A stretch of 64,000 nucleotides of DNA from a virus: positions 1-64,000 of the IMG/VR virus record IMGVR_UViG_3300027709_000056, one strand, 5' to 3'. Numbering within the stretch: the stretch's first letter is position 1; every line of letters starts with the position of its first letter. A program made the translations under genes and the position numbers. A model generated the notes under the pieces. That model saw only the letters and a program-made list of their open reading frames with translations. It made no database searches and was not told the DNA's origin. This document shows, piece by piece, positions 36,849 through 48,500 of the stretch.

Positions 36849-37150
36849 TGCCAGCATATTCATCATCAAGCCCTTGGTATACTACAGGATATTCTAATAC
36901 CGGAGACACATTAGGTTATTTTAGAATTAGACCTGTTCCCGCATCACCAGATGATCAACCTTATACAATTGATCCTCAATATAATCATAGACCAGATCTT
37001 CTTGCATACGATTTATATGGTAGTCCGAAACTTTGGTGGATATTTACTCAACGTAATATGGACATACTTGAAGATCCAATATATGATTTTGAATCAGGAG
37101 TTGAAATTTTAGTTTTAAATGCAAGTGCCGTAAAAGATCTATTAGGATAA
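36848..37150 (+). CDS. Baseplate wedge protein, gp53-like (LysM-like)
   Basis: Y..RPDLLAYDLYGSPKLWWIF..RN...DPI.DF motif. Confidence 0.75.
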   Translation: MPAYSSSSPWYTTGYSNTGDTLGYFRIRPVPASPDDQPYTIDPQYNHRPDLLAYDLYGSPKLWWIFTQRNMDILEDPIYDFESGVEILVLNASAVKDLLG

Positions 37151-37154
37151 AAAT

Positions 37155-40001
37155 ATGTTATTCAATATACTTCCAGAAACTTTAAAAAAAACAAGTTTGG
37201 CCGCTACGATCGATAAAGCCAAAGAAGCAATAGTGACTGGTGGTGCAACAGTTAGCCAAGAAGCAGAAAATTTAGTAGCTAATTTTGAAAGTTCACAGGC
37301 GGGTGGTGCATTGGTTGATCAGTTTGACGACTTTAGTAATAGAGCTACTGATTTTGTTAAAAGCGACCAATTTAGTGAAGCTACTGATATAGTTGCTAAC
37401 AAATTACATTCTGTTGCCGGCGAAGTTACAAGTAAACTTAATAGTGCTGGTAATGTTATTAATGAAATTACAGGCGGCGGCCAAAAAGATGCCTCAGATG
37501 CAGTAAAAAGTTTTTTAGATTCGAAACAAGGTCAAAAAATAACCAAAGAAGTCCAAATTATCGGTCAGCAAGTTGGTCAAGAAATTAGAAATTTTAAAAA
37601 AGGTATAAAAAAAGAGTTACCTAGTCTTCAGCCAAACGTATTAGAAAATTTTGTTAGTTCTAATTACGTAATTTCATTAGGTGTATTATCAAATAGAGAA
37701 TTAGAAAGACCTAATGACACATATTATAAAAATGGCGAACCTGAAACAATGATTATTAAATCAGGTGGTGGTTCACAAAGTTTAGGTTCGAAAAAAGTAA
37801 TGACTTCTTTTGAAAGAGCCGCAAAAGGTCCACCTAGTGAAATCAAAAACGAAAACAGAGTTGAATTTTTTATAGAAGATTTACAGATAGAGTCAGTTAT
37901 TACACCTAATGCAAGTACACGTATGGCTACTATTAATAAGTTTAGTTTTAAAGTTCTAGAGCCATATAGTATGGGACAATTTTTAGAAGCTCTTGCAATT
38001 GGGGCTCGTCGAGCAGGCCATCAAAATTATATTGGTGCACCATTTATTTTAATGCTAGACTGGGTAGGACATCTTGAAAACGGCCAAACAGCTAGATTAG
38101 GTGATTTTGATTATAGACCATCCAATGGGCCTGTTGGCAAACATAGAAAACGTTTTTTGCCTTTAAAATTACTTAAATCAGGAATGCGTGTAAATGCTGG
38201 TGGATCAGAATATGAAATAAATGCTGTTGCCTTTAATGACATGGCACTTTCTGATGTTGTTCAACAAATTCCAGGTGATATAGAAATAGAAGGTGATACT
38301 GTAGCTAAAGTATTACAAACAGGTGTTAATAGTTTAACAACTAAAATTAATGAAGTTTTATTAAAGCGTGATGCTGATAATAAATTTAAGTTTGCAGATG
38401 AATATGTAATTTTATTCCCTACAAAACTAGGAAGTGAAGATGAATTTGATGAAGGTAACGATGAAGGTGCAATAAAAGATTTAGGAACAATTAAAGCCGT
38501 AGAAGAAGCACGTAAACAATATAATCTAAACCCTAATGGTACAAACGAAGAACAATTAAACAAAGCATTAGAAGCCAACCAAATGGATTTCGAAGCCTGG
38601 ACTAAAAAGAATTTAGGTATATCAGTAACAAGAGACAAAAAACATGAGTCGTTTAAAGATTCATTACAAGAAGATGCTAATATTAATAAGATAGGAAAAT
38701 CAGAAGTTCAATTTTCATTCTTACAAGGTGGTAATACTAAAAATTTACCTGATGGATTTGTATATGATGAAAAGAAAGAAGTATATGTATTAAGAAATAT
38801 GCAAATTCCTAAAAATGGTCGAGCTTTTAGATTTACAAAAAATACTAAAATTAATAATATTATTGAAGAAATAGTTATTCAAAGTAACTATGGTAGACAG
38901 CTTAGAGAAGCGGCTAGTAAAGACGGCACTAAGGAATGGTTTAAAATTGAAACACAAACATATAATATACCTGTTTATGAAGTAGAAGCTACAAAAGGTC
39001 GTTTTCCGAAGCTATATGTTTTTAGAGTTGTACCATATCATAAGCATTCTGGAGTTTGGACATCACCAACAGCTACAGCTAAAGGTGTTAAAGAAATAAA
39101 AAAGAGAGTTGTTAAAAATTATGAGTATATTTACACAGGTGAAAATAAAGATGTTATTGACTTTGATTTAAATTTTGAATATAGATTTATAACTCAAGTA
39201 TCTGCAGATCATGGTGCTACAACAAAAGATAGACAAAACCCTGGACAATTTGCTACAACACATGAAGCAAATTTAATTAGACGAGAACAATCTATTGCAG
39301 AAGGCGAACATCAAAATAAAACTCAAGTATTCGGCCCTCACCTACCAGTTAAAGAAGAAGAAAAAATAAAAACAGGTTGGAAGTCTCTTAGAGAAATGCC
39401 TTTAGTTAATATATCTAAATCAGGAATACGAGCTGTTCCTGCCGGCGAAGCAGACCAGATAGCTAGAGATTTTCATGAAGCTACTGTTAATCATAATGTT
39501 GATTTAATGAGAGCTAATTTAGAAATATGGGGAGACCCGTATTTTATATCTGATAGTGGAATGGGAAACTATAACAGTAAAGGTAATTTCGAAGAATATG
39601 TTGATGAACATGGAATGATGCATTGGCAAAACAAATCCATTTATATTAATTTAAATTTTAGAACACCATTTGATTATGATAAAGACGGCCGCCTGGCTTT
39701 TCCAACAGTTGGTGGAAAAAGATTAGAACACTTTAGTGGTCTTTATCAGCCAATTAGAGTTACATCTAATTTTAGTAAAGGAAGTTTTAGACAAACATTA
39801 ACACTTCTAAGAATGAATAATCAGACTGGTAAACCAAATGCAACTGATGAGACTCCAGTCCATCCTAATCCACATAAAAATACAAATAATCAGACTGGAG
39901 TGGTTGGATTAGCAGGGAATTCTGTACCTCCGTCTAGAAGAGGTTTCACTGGTAATAATGCCAGTTTAGCTGGCGGCGCCGACAACAGGCGGGTGGGCTA
40001 A
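37155..40001 (+). CDS. Baseplate hub/tail protein (gp27/gpD-like, 948 aa)
   Basis: Lies between the gp53-like and gp5-like genes; LEIWGDP and F.G.Y....V...F..G.F.Q.L.L motifs of hub proteins. Confidence 0.55.
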   Translation: MLFNILPETLKKTSLAATIDKAKEAIVTGGATVSQEAENLVANFESSQAGGALVDQFDDFSNRATDFVKSDQFSEATDIVANKLHSVAGEVTSKLNSAGNVINEITGGGQKDASDAVKSFLDSKQGQKITKEVQIIGQQVGQEIRNFKKGIKKELPSLQPNVLENFVSSNYVISLGVLSNRELERPNDTYYKNGEPETMIIKSGGGSQSLGSKKVMTSFERAAKGPPSEIKNENRVEFFIEDLQIESVITPNASTRMATINKFSFKVLEPYSMGQFLEALAIGARRAGHQNYIGAPFILMLDWVGHLENGQTARLGDFDYRPSNGPVGKHRKRFLPLKLLKSGMRVNAGGSEYEINAVAFNDMALSDVVQQIPGDIEIEGDTVAKVLQTGVNSLTTKINEVLLKRDADNKFKFADEYVILFPTKLGSEDEFDEGNDEGAIKDLGTIKAVEEARKQYNLNPNGTNEEQLNKALEANQMDFEAWTKKNLGISVTRDKKHESFKDSLQEDANINKIGKSEVQFSFLQGGNTKNLPDGFVYDEKKEVYVLRNMQIPKNGRAFRFTKNTKINNIIEEIVIQSNYGRQLREAASKDGTKEWFKIETQTYNIPVYEVEATKGRFPKLYVFRVVPYHKHSGVWTSPTATAKGVKEIKKRVVKNYEYIYTGENKDVIDFDLNFEYRFITQVSADHGATTKDRQNPGQFATTHEANLIRREQSIAEGEHQNKTQVFGPHLPVKEEEKIKTGWKSLREMPLVNISKSGIRAVPAGEADQIARDFHEATVNHNVDLMRANLEIWGDPYFISDSGMGNYNSKGNFEEYVDEHGMMHWQNKSIYINLNFRTPFDYDKDGRLAFPTVGGKRLEHFSGLYQPIRVTSNFSKGSFRQTLTLLRMNNQTGKPNATDETPVHPNPHKNTNNQTGVVGLAGNSVPPSRRGFTGNNASLAGGADNRRVG

Positions 40002-41569
40002 TGTCAAAACGAATAGAAGGAATCACAAGAGATAAACAAACCGAAGCACCGGCTAATGGGCCGTTCTTGGCTAAAGTTATCAGTCATGTTGATTCAAAGT
40101 TTATGGGGAATCTTACTGTACAGTTATTAAAACAAACTGCTACTGGTAATCAAGATTCAGCATCAGGACAGGTTTTTGCCGCAAAATATTTGTCACCCTT
40201 TGGAGGACAAACACCAATTTGGTCAGCATCAAAAAATGACACGTATAGAGATAGTCAACAAAGTTATGGTATGTGGATGGTTCCACCTGATCCAGGAACA
40301 CTTGTATTAGTAATATTTGCAGAAGGTAATATTAATGAGTGTTTTTGGATAGGTTGTATTCAAGATGAGTATATGAACTTTGCTACACCAGGAATCGCGG
40401 CAACTACGTATACAACTGATGGCACACCAGAAGAGTTAAAAGGTAAAAAACTTCCTGTAGCTGAATATAATAAAGCACTAGAAACCGCACAAGGGCAAGA
40501 CCCAACACAATTTTTAAAACCGTATCAAAAAGAATTTACAGATAGTTTAGTAACACAAGGATTATTAGAAGATGAAACTAGGGGTATAACAACTTCTAGT
40601 GCTAGACGTGAAGTTCCTAGTACAGTATTTGGTATTAGTACTCCAGGACCTTTAGATAAAAGAGTCGGAGCACCAAAAGGTAAAGTTGGAACTACAGATG
40701 CTCAAGCTCTTGTGCATAGAAGTAGACTTGGTGGATCATCATTTGTAATGGATGATGGTAATGATAAACTTTTAAGAAAAAATCCTGCAACTATGGCTCC
40801 ACCAGAATATGCAAATGTTATGCTTAATGAAACTAATGGTAATAGAACATTGCCACATAATGAATTAGTTAGATTAAGAACTAGAACAGGCCATCAAGTA
40901 TTATTACATAATACAGAAGATTTAATTTATATTGCTAATGCAAAAGGTAGTGCTTGGGTTGAGTTAACAGCAGACGGAAAAATAGACATTTATGCAAAAG
41001 ATAGTATGAGTGTGCATACTGAAAATGACTTTAATTTAACAGCAGATAGAGATATTACAATGGAAGCTGGTGCAAATATATCAATAAAAGCAAGTGGATC
41101 TTATCTTAGTACTGAAGATCCTAAACTTATTAAGGGTAGAATACAAATAGAATCAGCGGCAAATACTAAAATGTATGTTGGTGGAAATCATTGGGTTACT
41201 ACGCTAGGAAATTATGAAGCTAAAACTAATGGTGAAACTAAAATTACATCGGGTGGACAATCACATATTAAGTCGGGCGGTAATCATATAGAAACTGCTC
41301 CACAAATTCATATGAATGGTCCAGCGGCATCGGCCGCACAGATAGTTACACCTCTCAGTAAGCATATTTTACCAGGTACGCCAACAGGTAGTTTATTAGG
41401 TACTATAGGACAAAGAGCACCTATGCATGAACCGTGGTCGCATCATGAGAATTTAGATCCAACAAAATTTAAAATCGCGTTAACAGATAGAGACAATATA
41501 CTAACAGTAATTACACCTGAGGTTGTTCCTCCAACGCCTGACCCATTTAAGAAGGAAGGGATAAAATAG
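40001..41569 (+). CDS. g5: Baseplate central spike, gp5/VgrG-like, with no lysozyme domain
   Basis: OB-fold-like N-terminus with GMW..PPD.G..VLV.F.EG....FWIGC; RTRTGHQ.LL...E.....I......W.E...DG.I motif; beta-helix repeats. Confidence 0.75.
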   Translation: MSKRIEGITRDKQTEAPANGPFLAKVISHVDSKFMGNLTVQLLKQTATGNQDSASGQVFAAKYLSPFGGQTPIWSASKNDTYRDSQQSYGMWMVPPDPGTLVLVIFAEGNINECFWIGCIQDEYMNFATPGIAATTYTTDGTPEELKGKKLPVAEYNKALETAQGQDPTQFLKPYQKEFTDSLVTQGLLEDETRGITTSSARREVPSTVFGISTPGPLDKRVGAPKGKVGTTDAQALVHRSRLGGSSFVMDDGNDKLLRKNPATMAPPEYANVMLNETNGNRTLPHNELVRLRTRTGHQVLLHNTEDLIYIANAKGSAWVELTADGKIDIYAKDSMSVHTENDFNLTADRDITMEAGANISIKASGSYLSTEDPKLIKGRIQIESAANTKMYVGGNHWVTTLGNYEAKTNGETKITSGGQSHIKSGGNHIETAPQIHMNGPAASAAQIVTPLSKHILPGTPTGSLLGTIGQRAPMHEPWSHHENLDPTKFKIALTDRDNILTVITPEVVPPTPDPFKKEGIK

Positions 41570-41585
41570 AGGTTAAATATACATT

Positions 41586-42029
41586 ATGAGCGTTTCAAAT
41601 AGAGAATTATACAAACAAATAGTAGTAGAGACTGGTAAGAAAGCACCTTCTCCTGTTAAGAGTAGAGCGTATCGAGGGTTGAGTACTGTTGACCCTGCTA
41701 ACAATAGTCATATACTATATGATATTCAATTAATTAAACAAGATATTATAAATCATTTCCATATACGCCAAGGAGAGAAGTTAGAAAATCCAGAGTTTGG
41801 AACTATTATTTGGGACGCCATATATGAGCCTTTAACAGAGGGATTAAAAGAAACAATTGCAACTAATGTTACAGATATTGTTAATTCAGATCCACGGGTA
41901 GTAGCAGAGAGTATTCTTATTGATTCATATGAAAGTGGAATTATAATTGATTGTACATTAACGTATCTACCGTACAATATTTCGGAGCAAATGAGATTAA
42001 AATTTGATGAGGGTGCGATACCATCTTAG
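41586..42029 (+). CDS. g25: Baseplate wedge subunit, gp25-like
   Basis: D..LIKQDI.NHF....GE....PEFG..IW..I.EP, DPRV motifs. Confidence 0.9.
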   Translation: MSVSNRELYKQIVVETGKKAPSPVKSRAYRGLSTVDPANNSHILYDIQLIKQDIINHFHIRQGEKLENPEFGTIIWDAIYEPLTEGLKETIATNVTDIVNSDPRVVAESILIDSYESGIIIDCTLTYLPYNISEQMRLKFDEGAIPS

Positions 42030-42088
42030 GTGGATAATTAAGTATGCATTTAATGAAATCAAATAAATATAATTAATAGGGAAAGATA

Positions 42089-45000
42089 ATGTCAGTAACC
42101 AATAGACAAAATAGATTACTTCTTTCAGAGGATTGGAAACGAGTATATCAAAGTTTTAGAAACGCAGATTTCAAGTCTTATGACTTCGATAGTTTACGCC
42201 GTACGATGATTGCGTATATAAGGGAAAATTATCCTGAAGATTTTAATGATTATATTGACTCTAGTGAATATCTAGCTTTAGTCGATCTTATTGCATTTTT
42301 AGGACAAAATATTGCTTACCGTATTGATCTTAATTCTAGGGAAAATTTTCTTGAATTAGCTGAACGCAGAGATTCAGTATTACGTTTAGCACGACTATTA
42401 TCATATAATCCAAAGCGTAATCAAACAGCTAATGGACTAATAAAATTTGATGCTGTTTCTACATCAGAAGAAGTAGTAGACTCTAATGGTACTAATTTAG
42501 CTAATCAAACAATTGTATGGAATGACCCGGCTAATCCAGACTGGAAAGAACAGTTTGAAAAAGTTCTTAATGCGGCATTGCCAATTAATTCTATTGTTGG
42601 AAAACCAGTTAAAAAAGATATTGTAGAAGGTATAATAACACATCAATATAGATATAAATCAAGTAATACTGATGTTCCTGTTTATAGTTTTGCTAAAAAC
42701 ATAGATGGAAGAAATATACAGTTTCAAATAGTTTCAACAGATGTTACTGATGGAGTTATATCTGAAGAAGCACCGTTACCAGGTAACAGTTTAGCATTTT
42801 TATATAGAGATGATGGACGAGGGCCTGGAAGTAGTAATACAGGTTATTTTTGTCATTTCCGTCAAGGAACAATCGACCAAGGCGGCTTTACAGTTGATGC
42901 ACCAAGTACTAATCAATCAATTGCTGTTGACGCCACTAATGTTAATAATACAGATGTTTGGCTTTATAAATTAAATTCAATTGGAGCAGAATCAGAATTG
43001 TGGACTAAAGTTGATGCAGTTGAAGGTAATAATATTGTTTATAATAGTGTACGTAAAAAGATTAGAAATGTTTATGGTGTACTTACTAAAGCACAAGATA
43101 AAATTAATTTAATTTTTTCAGATGGTACGTTTGGAAATTTACCTAAAGGTGATTTTAGAGTTTATTATAGAACAAGTATTAATCAAGCGTACAATATTGT
43201 TCCTGAAGATATGACAGCTATTGGAGTATCAATACCTTATACTTCTGCTGTTGGAAATCAAGAAACACTTAACTTAACACTAGCATTAAAATATACTGTA
43301 GACAATAGTAGCACTTCAGAAACTAATGTAAGTATTCGTGAAAATGCACCAGCTACGTACTATACGCAAAATAGAATGGTTACTGGAGAAGATTATCAAG
43401 TTTCACCATTAGGTATTAGTCAAGAAATTATTAAAGTTAAAAGTGTTAATAGAGCGTCTAGCGGTATTTCACGTTACTTTGATTTACTAGATAGTACAGG
43501 AAAATATTCAAGCACAAATTTATTTGGTAATGATGGTGTATTATATAAAGAAACATTAACCAAATATAAAAATTTTACGTTTGTAACAAAAATTGATATT
43601 GAAGGAACAATAGTAAACACTATTGAGCCTATATTAGCCGAAAAACAATTATTAAATTATTACTTAACACATTTTCCTAAAACAATCGTTTCAGATTTAG
43701 GAGCTCTTTGGGTTCAAACAACAACAGGTACTAATTTAACAACTGGACATTTTGAAGATTCAGATGGAACAAAATATCAAGTAGGTACTTATACAGGTAG
43801 TGCTTTAAGATTTATTGAACCAGGTACATTAATAAAATTTACAGCACCGGCTGGATATCATTTTATGAAAGATGGTACACTAATGACTGGTGCCGCTGAT
43901 CATGTTGATGCACTTGAGTATAAGTGGGTAAAAGTTATTAGTGTTGTTGGCGACGGAACTGCCGATAATGCTGATGGATCAGGACCGATTATACTTAATG
44001 ATGTAATTCCTGCAACGGCTGTATTAAATGAAGTTGTACCAAAGTTTTCTAAGTCAATAGAGTCAGCTGTACAAACACAAATTATTGATCAAATTTACGC
44101 AACTAAAACATTTGGTTTACGTTACGACATTAATTTAAGACAATGGCGTGTAATTTCTGAAAACAATTTAAGCATTCTAGGAGATTTTAGTACAGGTAAA
44201 ACAGGAGATACTACTAATCAACAATTAGATGCAAGTTGGTTATTACTATTTGAAACTGACGGTGAAAAGTATACAATTACATATCGTTCTTTAAGGTATA
44301 TTTTTGAAAGTGCCGCAGAGATTAGATTCTATTTTGATAGTAGCGATAAAGTATTCGACAATAAAACAGGACAAATTATTAAAGATAAAATTTCAGTCTT
44401 ATCTATTAACTTAAAGCCTGATTTACTTACGCCATTTAATGGTAACCATGATTGGGAAATTAGTGATGCATACCGTGATGCTGATGGATATGTTGATAGT
44501 AAAAAAATTGAAATTAGTTTTTATGATGATGATGAAGACGGAGTAGTAGACGATCCAGAAACATTTATTAAAGTAGTTAATGAAACAACTAATCCATTAA
44601 CGAAATACATTTTTCAAAAGAAATATATTACTACTGATGGAACAGAAGATTATAGTTTTGTAAGTACTGAAGAAGAAAGTATTTTAACAAAACAAAATGA
44701 AAGTTCAATAGGAGCATTAAGTCAGTATACTGCTGGACAAGTATTCTATCTAGCTACAGAAGACGTATTTAAAAAGTATACAGATGGAGCACTAGCATTA
44801 ACAACTGACTATAAATCATATGTCGGAAGAAGCGGACTTAAATTTCAATATATTCATGCGGCAGATGATGATAACAGAATTGATCCTAGTAGCAGTAATA
44901 TTATTGATACGTACCTATTAACAAAACAGTATGATAATTCGTTTAGAGAATATTTAGATGGTACACTAACTTCAAAACCGTTGCCGCCAAGTAGTGATAA

Positions 45001-45550
45001 CTTGTATAATAATTATGGTTCAGAAATTAACAAAATTAAGTCAATTAGTGACGAAGTCATTTACCATCCTGTAAAATATAAAGTTTTATTTGGAGCAACT
45101 GCTGACCTTGATTTACAAGCTACTTTTAAAATAGTTAAGAATCCTGATCAAGTTGTTAATACTAATGCACTTAAGGCATCTGTTATTTCATCAATTAATC
45201 AATTTTTTGCTTTAGATAATTGGGATTTTGGAGATACATTTTACTTCTCAGAGTTGAGTACTTATATTATGGCTACCGTTGCACCAGATTTAGTAACAAT
45301 TGTAATTGTTCCTAATCAAGAGTTGCAAGGGTTTGGTAGTTTATTTGAAGTTAAGTCTGAATCAGATGAAATTTTTATTAGTGGTGCAACAGTTGACAAT
45401 ATTGAAGTTATAGATTCTGTTACAGCAAGTAGACTTAAAGCATCTGGTAAAGTTTTAACAGTTGCATCTAGCACAAATGCAGGTCTGCAAAGTGCTGGGA
45501 CATATACATCGGGTACTATTACATCAAGCTCTGGGGGGACTAAAATCTAA
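42089..45550 (+). CDS. g6: Baseplate wedge subunit, gp6-like (1153 aa)
   Basis: DF.SYDF..LR..MI.Y.R..YPE.FND, SVLRLA..LSY.PKR, ET...IR.NAP..Y.TQNRMVT.EDY motifs. Confidence 0.85.
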   Translation: MSVTNRQNRLLLSEDWKRVYQSFRNADFKSYDFDSLRRTMIAYIRENYPEDFNDYIDSSEYLALVDLIAFLGQNIAYRIDLNSRENFLELAERRDSVLRLARLLSYNPKRNQTANGLIKFDAVSTSEEVVDSNGTNLANQTIVWNDPANPDWKEQFEKVLNAALPINSIVGKPVKKDIVEGIITHQYRYKSSNTDVPVYSFAKNIDGRNIQFQIVSTDVTDGVISEEAPLPGNSLAFLYRDDGRGPGSSNTGYFCHFRQGTIDQGGFTVDAPSTNQSIAVDATNVNNTDVWLYKLNSIGAESELWTKVDAVEGNNIVYNSVRKKIRNVYGVLTKAQDKINLIFSDGTFGNLPKGDFRVYYRTSINQAYNIVPEDMTAIGVSIPYTSAVGNQETLNLTLALKYTVDNSSTSETNVSIRENAPATYYTQNRMVTGEDYQVSPLGISQEIIKVKSVNRASSGISRYFDLLDSTGKYSSTNLFGNDGVLYKETLTKYKNFTFVTKIDIEGTIVNTIEPILAEKQLLNYYLTHFPKTIVSDLGALWVQTTTGTNLTTGHFEDSDGTKYQVGTYTGSALRFIEPGTLIKFTAPAGYHFMKDGTLMTGAADHVDALEYKWVKVISVVGDGTADNADGSGPIILNDVIPATAVLNEVVPKFSKSIESAVQTQIIDQIYATKTFGLRYDINLRQWRVISENNLSILGDFSTGKTGDTTNQQLDASWLLLFETDGEKYTITYRSLRYIFESAAEIRFYFDSSDKVFDNKTGQIIKDKISVLSINLKPDLLTPFNGNHDWEISDAYRDADGYVDSKKIEISFYDDDEDGVVDDPETFIKVVNETTNPLTKYIFQKKYITTDGTEDYSFVSTEEESILTKQNESSIGALSQYTAGQVFYLATEDVFKKYTDGALALTTDYKSYVGRSGLKFQYIHAADDDNRIDPSSSNIIDTYLLTKQYDNSFREYLDGTLTSKPLPPSSDNLYNNYGSEINKIKSISDEVIYHPVKYKVLFGATADLDLQATFKIVKNPDQVVNTNALKASVISSINQFFALDNWDFGDTFYFSELSTYIMATVAPDLVTIVIVPNQELQGFGSLFEVKSESDEIFISGATVDNIEVIDSVTASRLKASGKVLTVASSTNAGLQSAGTYTSGTITSSSGGTKI

Positions 45551-48500
45551 TGCCATTTACTGATGACCAGCATGAGTATCCACTTCCAGGGTCAGGTAAA
45601 AAACCCCCAAAAAGAGAAAGTGCTGAATTACTTCCAAGATATTTTAGAACTCAACATAATAAGAAGTTTCTAAATGCAACTTTAGATCAACTAAACCAAC
45701 CAGGTGTAGCTGAAAAATTAAGTGGATATTTCGGACGTCGTACGGCTAAAGCATATGAAGCCGGCGATACTTATATTGCTGAAAATAATAGTGATAGAGA
45801 AAATTATCAATTAGAACCAGCCGCAGTAATTAAAGATGATTTAAATAATGTAACTTTTTATAAAGATTATTTAGATTATATTAATCAGACAAGAGCATTT
45901 GGCGGTACAGTTGATAACCATGATAAATTAAATAGCCAAGAATATTATGCTTGGAATCCTAATATTGATTGGGATAAATTTACTAACTTTAGAGAATATT
46001 ACTGGTTACCAGGAGGCCCAATTGGTATTGGTATTGTTGGTCAAGCCGATAATATTATAAGCACTTATAAAGTAACTAAAAAAGATAACTTAGATAACAA
46101 TGGTTATGTTTTTACTCCAGACGGATTAACACAAAATCCAACATTAAAATTATATAGAGGGCAAACCTACATCTTTGAAATTGATGCATTAGGAATGCCA
46201 CTAACTTTTAGAACTGCACGTTCATTAGATCCTAGTTTATTATATTCTAAAGGATTAGATGATAGTACTCAGACTGTTGATGTAGGAACAATTACTTGGA
46301 CTATTGATAATTCAGCACCTGATACATTATATTATGTAAACGGAAATGATATTAATGCAAGTGGATTAATTCAAATTGCAGATGCAATTGAAAATTCTTC
46401 AATTGATGTAGAAAACGAAATCGTTGGTAAAAAGACTTATACAATGACAAATGGTTATTCATTGTCTAATGGTATGAAAGTTTACTTCCAAGGGAATGTA
46501 ACACCAACAAAGTATGCTACAGGTGAATGGTATGTTGAAGGTGTAGGAAATGAAATTAAATTAGTTCACGAAAAAGATTTAGAAATTCCTGCTACGTATT
46601 CAACAAATAAACCTGTACCATTTGATACTGAAGGATTTGATAGACTGCCTTATAGTAATGCTAATAGTTTTGCAGGCGTTAAAGATTATCTTGTAATTAA
46701 TAGAGCATCTAGAAGTAGAAGTCCATGGACAAGGTATAACAGATGGTTTCATAGAGATGTTATTGAAACAGTTGCAACTATTAACGGCACACCAACAGAA
46801 ATAGATCAAGATTATAGAGCAAAACGTCCTATTATAGAATTTGAAGCAGGATTAAAGTTATATAATTTTGGTACTAGTGCTAAAGATGATATTGATTTAC
46901 TTGATACATTTACTAAAGATGTTTTTTCAGATATAGAAGGAGCAACAGGATATAATATTGATGGTTTAGATATTGTTGATAATATGAGAATATTATTTAC
47001 TGCTGATCCAGATAGTAGAGTAAAAGGAAAAATTTTTAAAGTAAAGTTTATTACACATAACCTTGTAAGACAAATTAGTCTTATTGAAGAAACAGATACA
47101 AATCCAATCGAAAATGAAACAGTATTAGTTAGAAATGGTGAAACTTATAAAGGTAAAATGTGGTTTTATAATGGCACCGATTGGAAAGCAGGTCAAGATA
47201 AAACTATTATAAATCAGACACCGTTATTTGAATTATATGATAGTGTAGGATATAGTTTTGCAAATAACACTTATTATGCGGCATCAACATTTAAAGGAAA
47301 TAAAGTTTTTAGTTATAAAGTTGGTGCAGGAACTGTCAATGATGCAGAGTTAGGATTTTCTTTAAGTTATAGAGCACTAGAAAACACTGGTGATATTTTA
47401 TTTGATTTTAATTTGTTAAGTGACAATTTTGCATACCAAAAAGACAATGCAGTTTTAACAAAAAATACAGATATAGGATTGTTACGAGTTTATACTGCTA
47501 TTAATACATTTACATATACTTCAGGATGGATTAAAGCGAAAGCTAATAGTCGTCAACACGTTATAAGACAGTATGTTGTAACTACAAAATTTAATGATTT
47601 TGCTATTGATGTTTATGACCGTAGTGGTGACCTAAATGATCTATGGGACAGAGTTTATGTTAATAATGTAAGACAATATAACGGAGTAGATTATGTACTT
47701 AATAGAATTAATGGTACAGCCTTTGTTACTTTTGTAAAAAAATTAAAAGAAGATGATGTATTATTAATTAAAACTAATAGTGCTACAAAGAAAAACGTTA
47801 ATGGCTATTATGAAATGCCATTAAATTTAGAAAGAAATCCATTAAACAACAATGTTCTTACTTTTACTTTGGGTGAAGTAACAGATCACGTACAAAGTAT
47901 GACTGAATATCGTGATGATACTACTGGGACATTTCCTGGTAATACTAATTTAAGAGATTTAGGAGATCTTGCTCCATATGGTAGACGATTTGTTCAACAT
48001 AGTGGGCCAATAAATCTTGCATTGTTCAGTATAACAGATCAAGAATCAAATATTATTCATGCAATTAGACACGCTAGTAAAGAATACGGAAAGTTTAGAC
48101 GTTTATTTCTTCAGGAAGCAAACCAATTAGGATTTGATGGAGAAACAAAAGAACACTTTGACCGTGTAATGAAGAAAGTTGTTAGAAGTAAAACAAATGA
48201 TATGCCATATTACTTTAGTGATATGATTGGTATAGGAACGTCTACTAAAACAACGCATACAGTTGAAGATATAGATACAGTATTTTATGCCCTAGCACAA
48301 GATTTTGGTTTATCAGACTTATCATCAAGAGCAGTTTATGTTTATAAAAACGGAGTTCAACTTGTTCATGGTGTAGATTATTATTTTCCTGAAGAAGATC
48401 AACCAGGGTTTGTTGCTATTACTGGAACTAAAGTTATAGGCGATGTACTTGATGTTTATGAATATGAAACAAGTGATGGAAGTTATATTCCACCAACACC

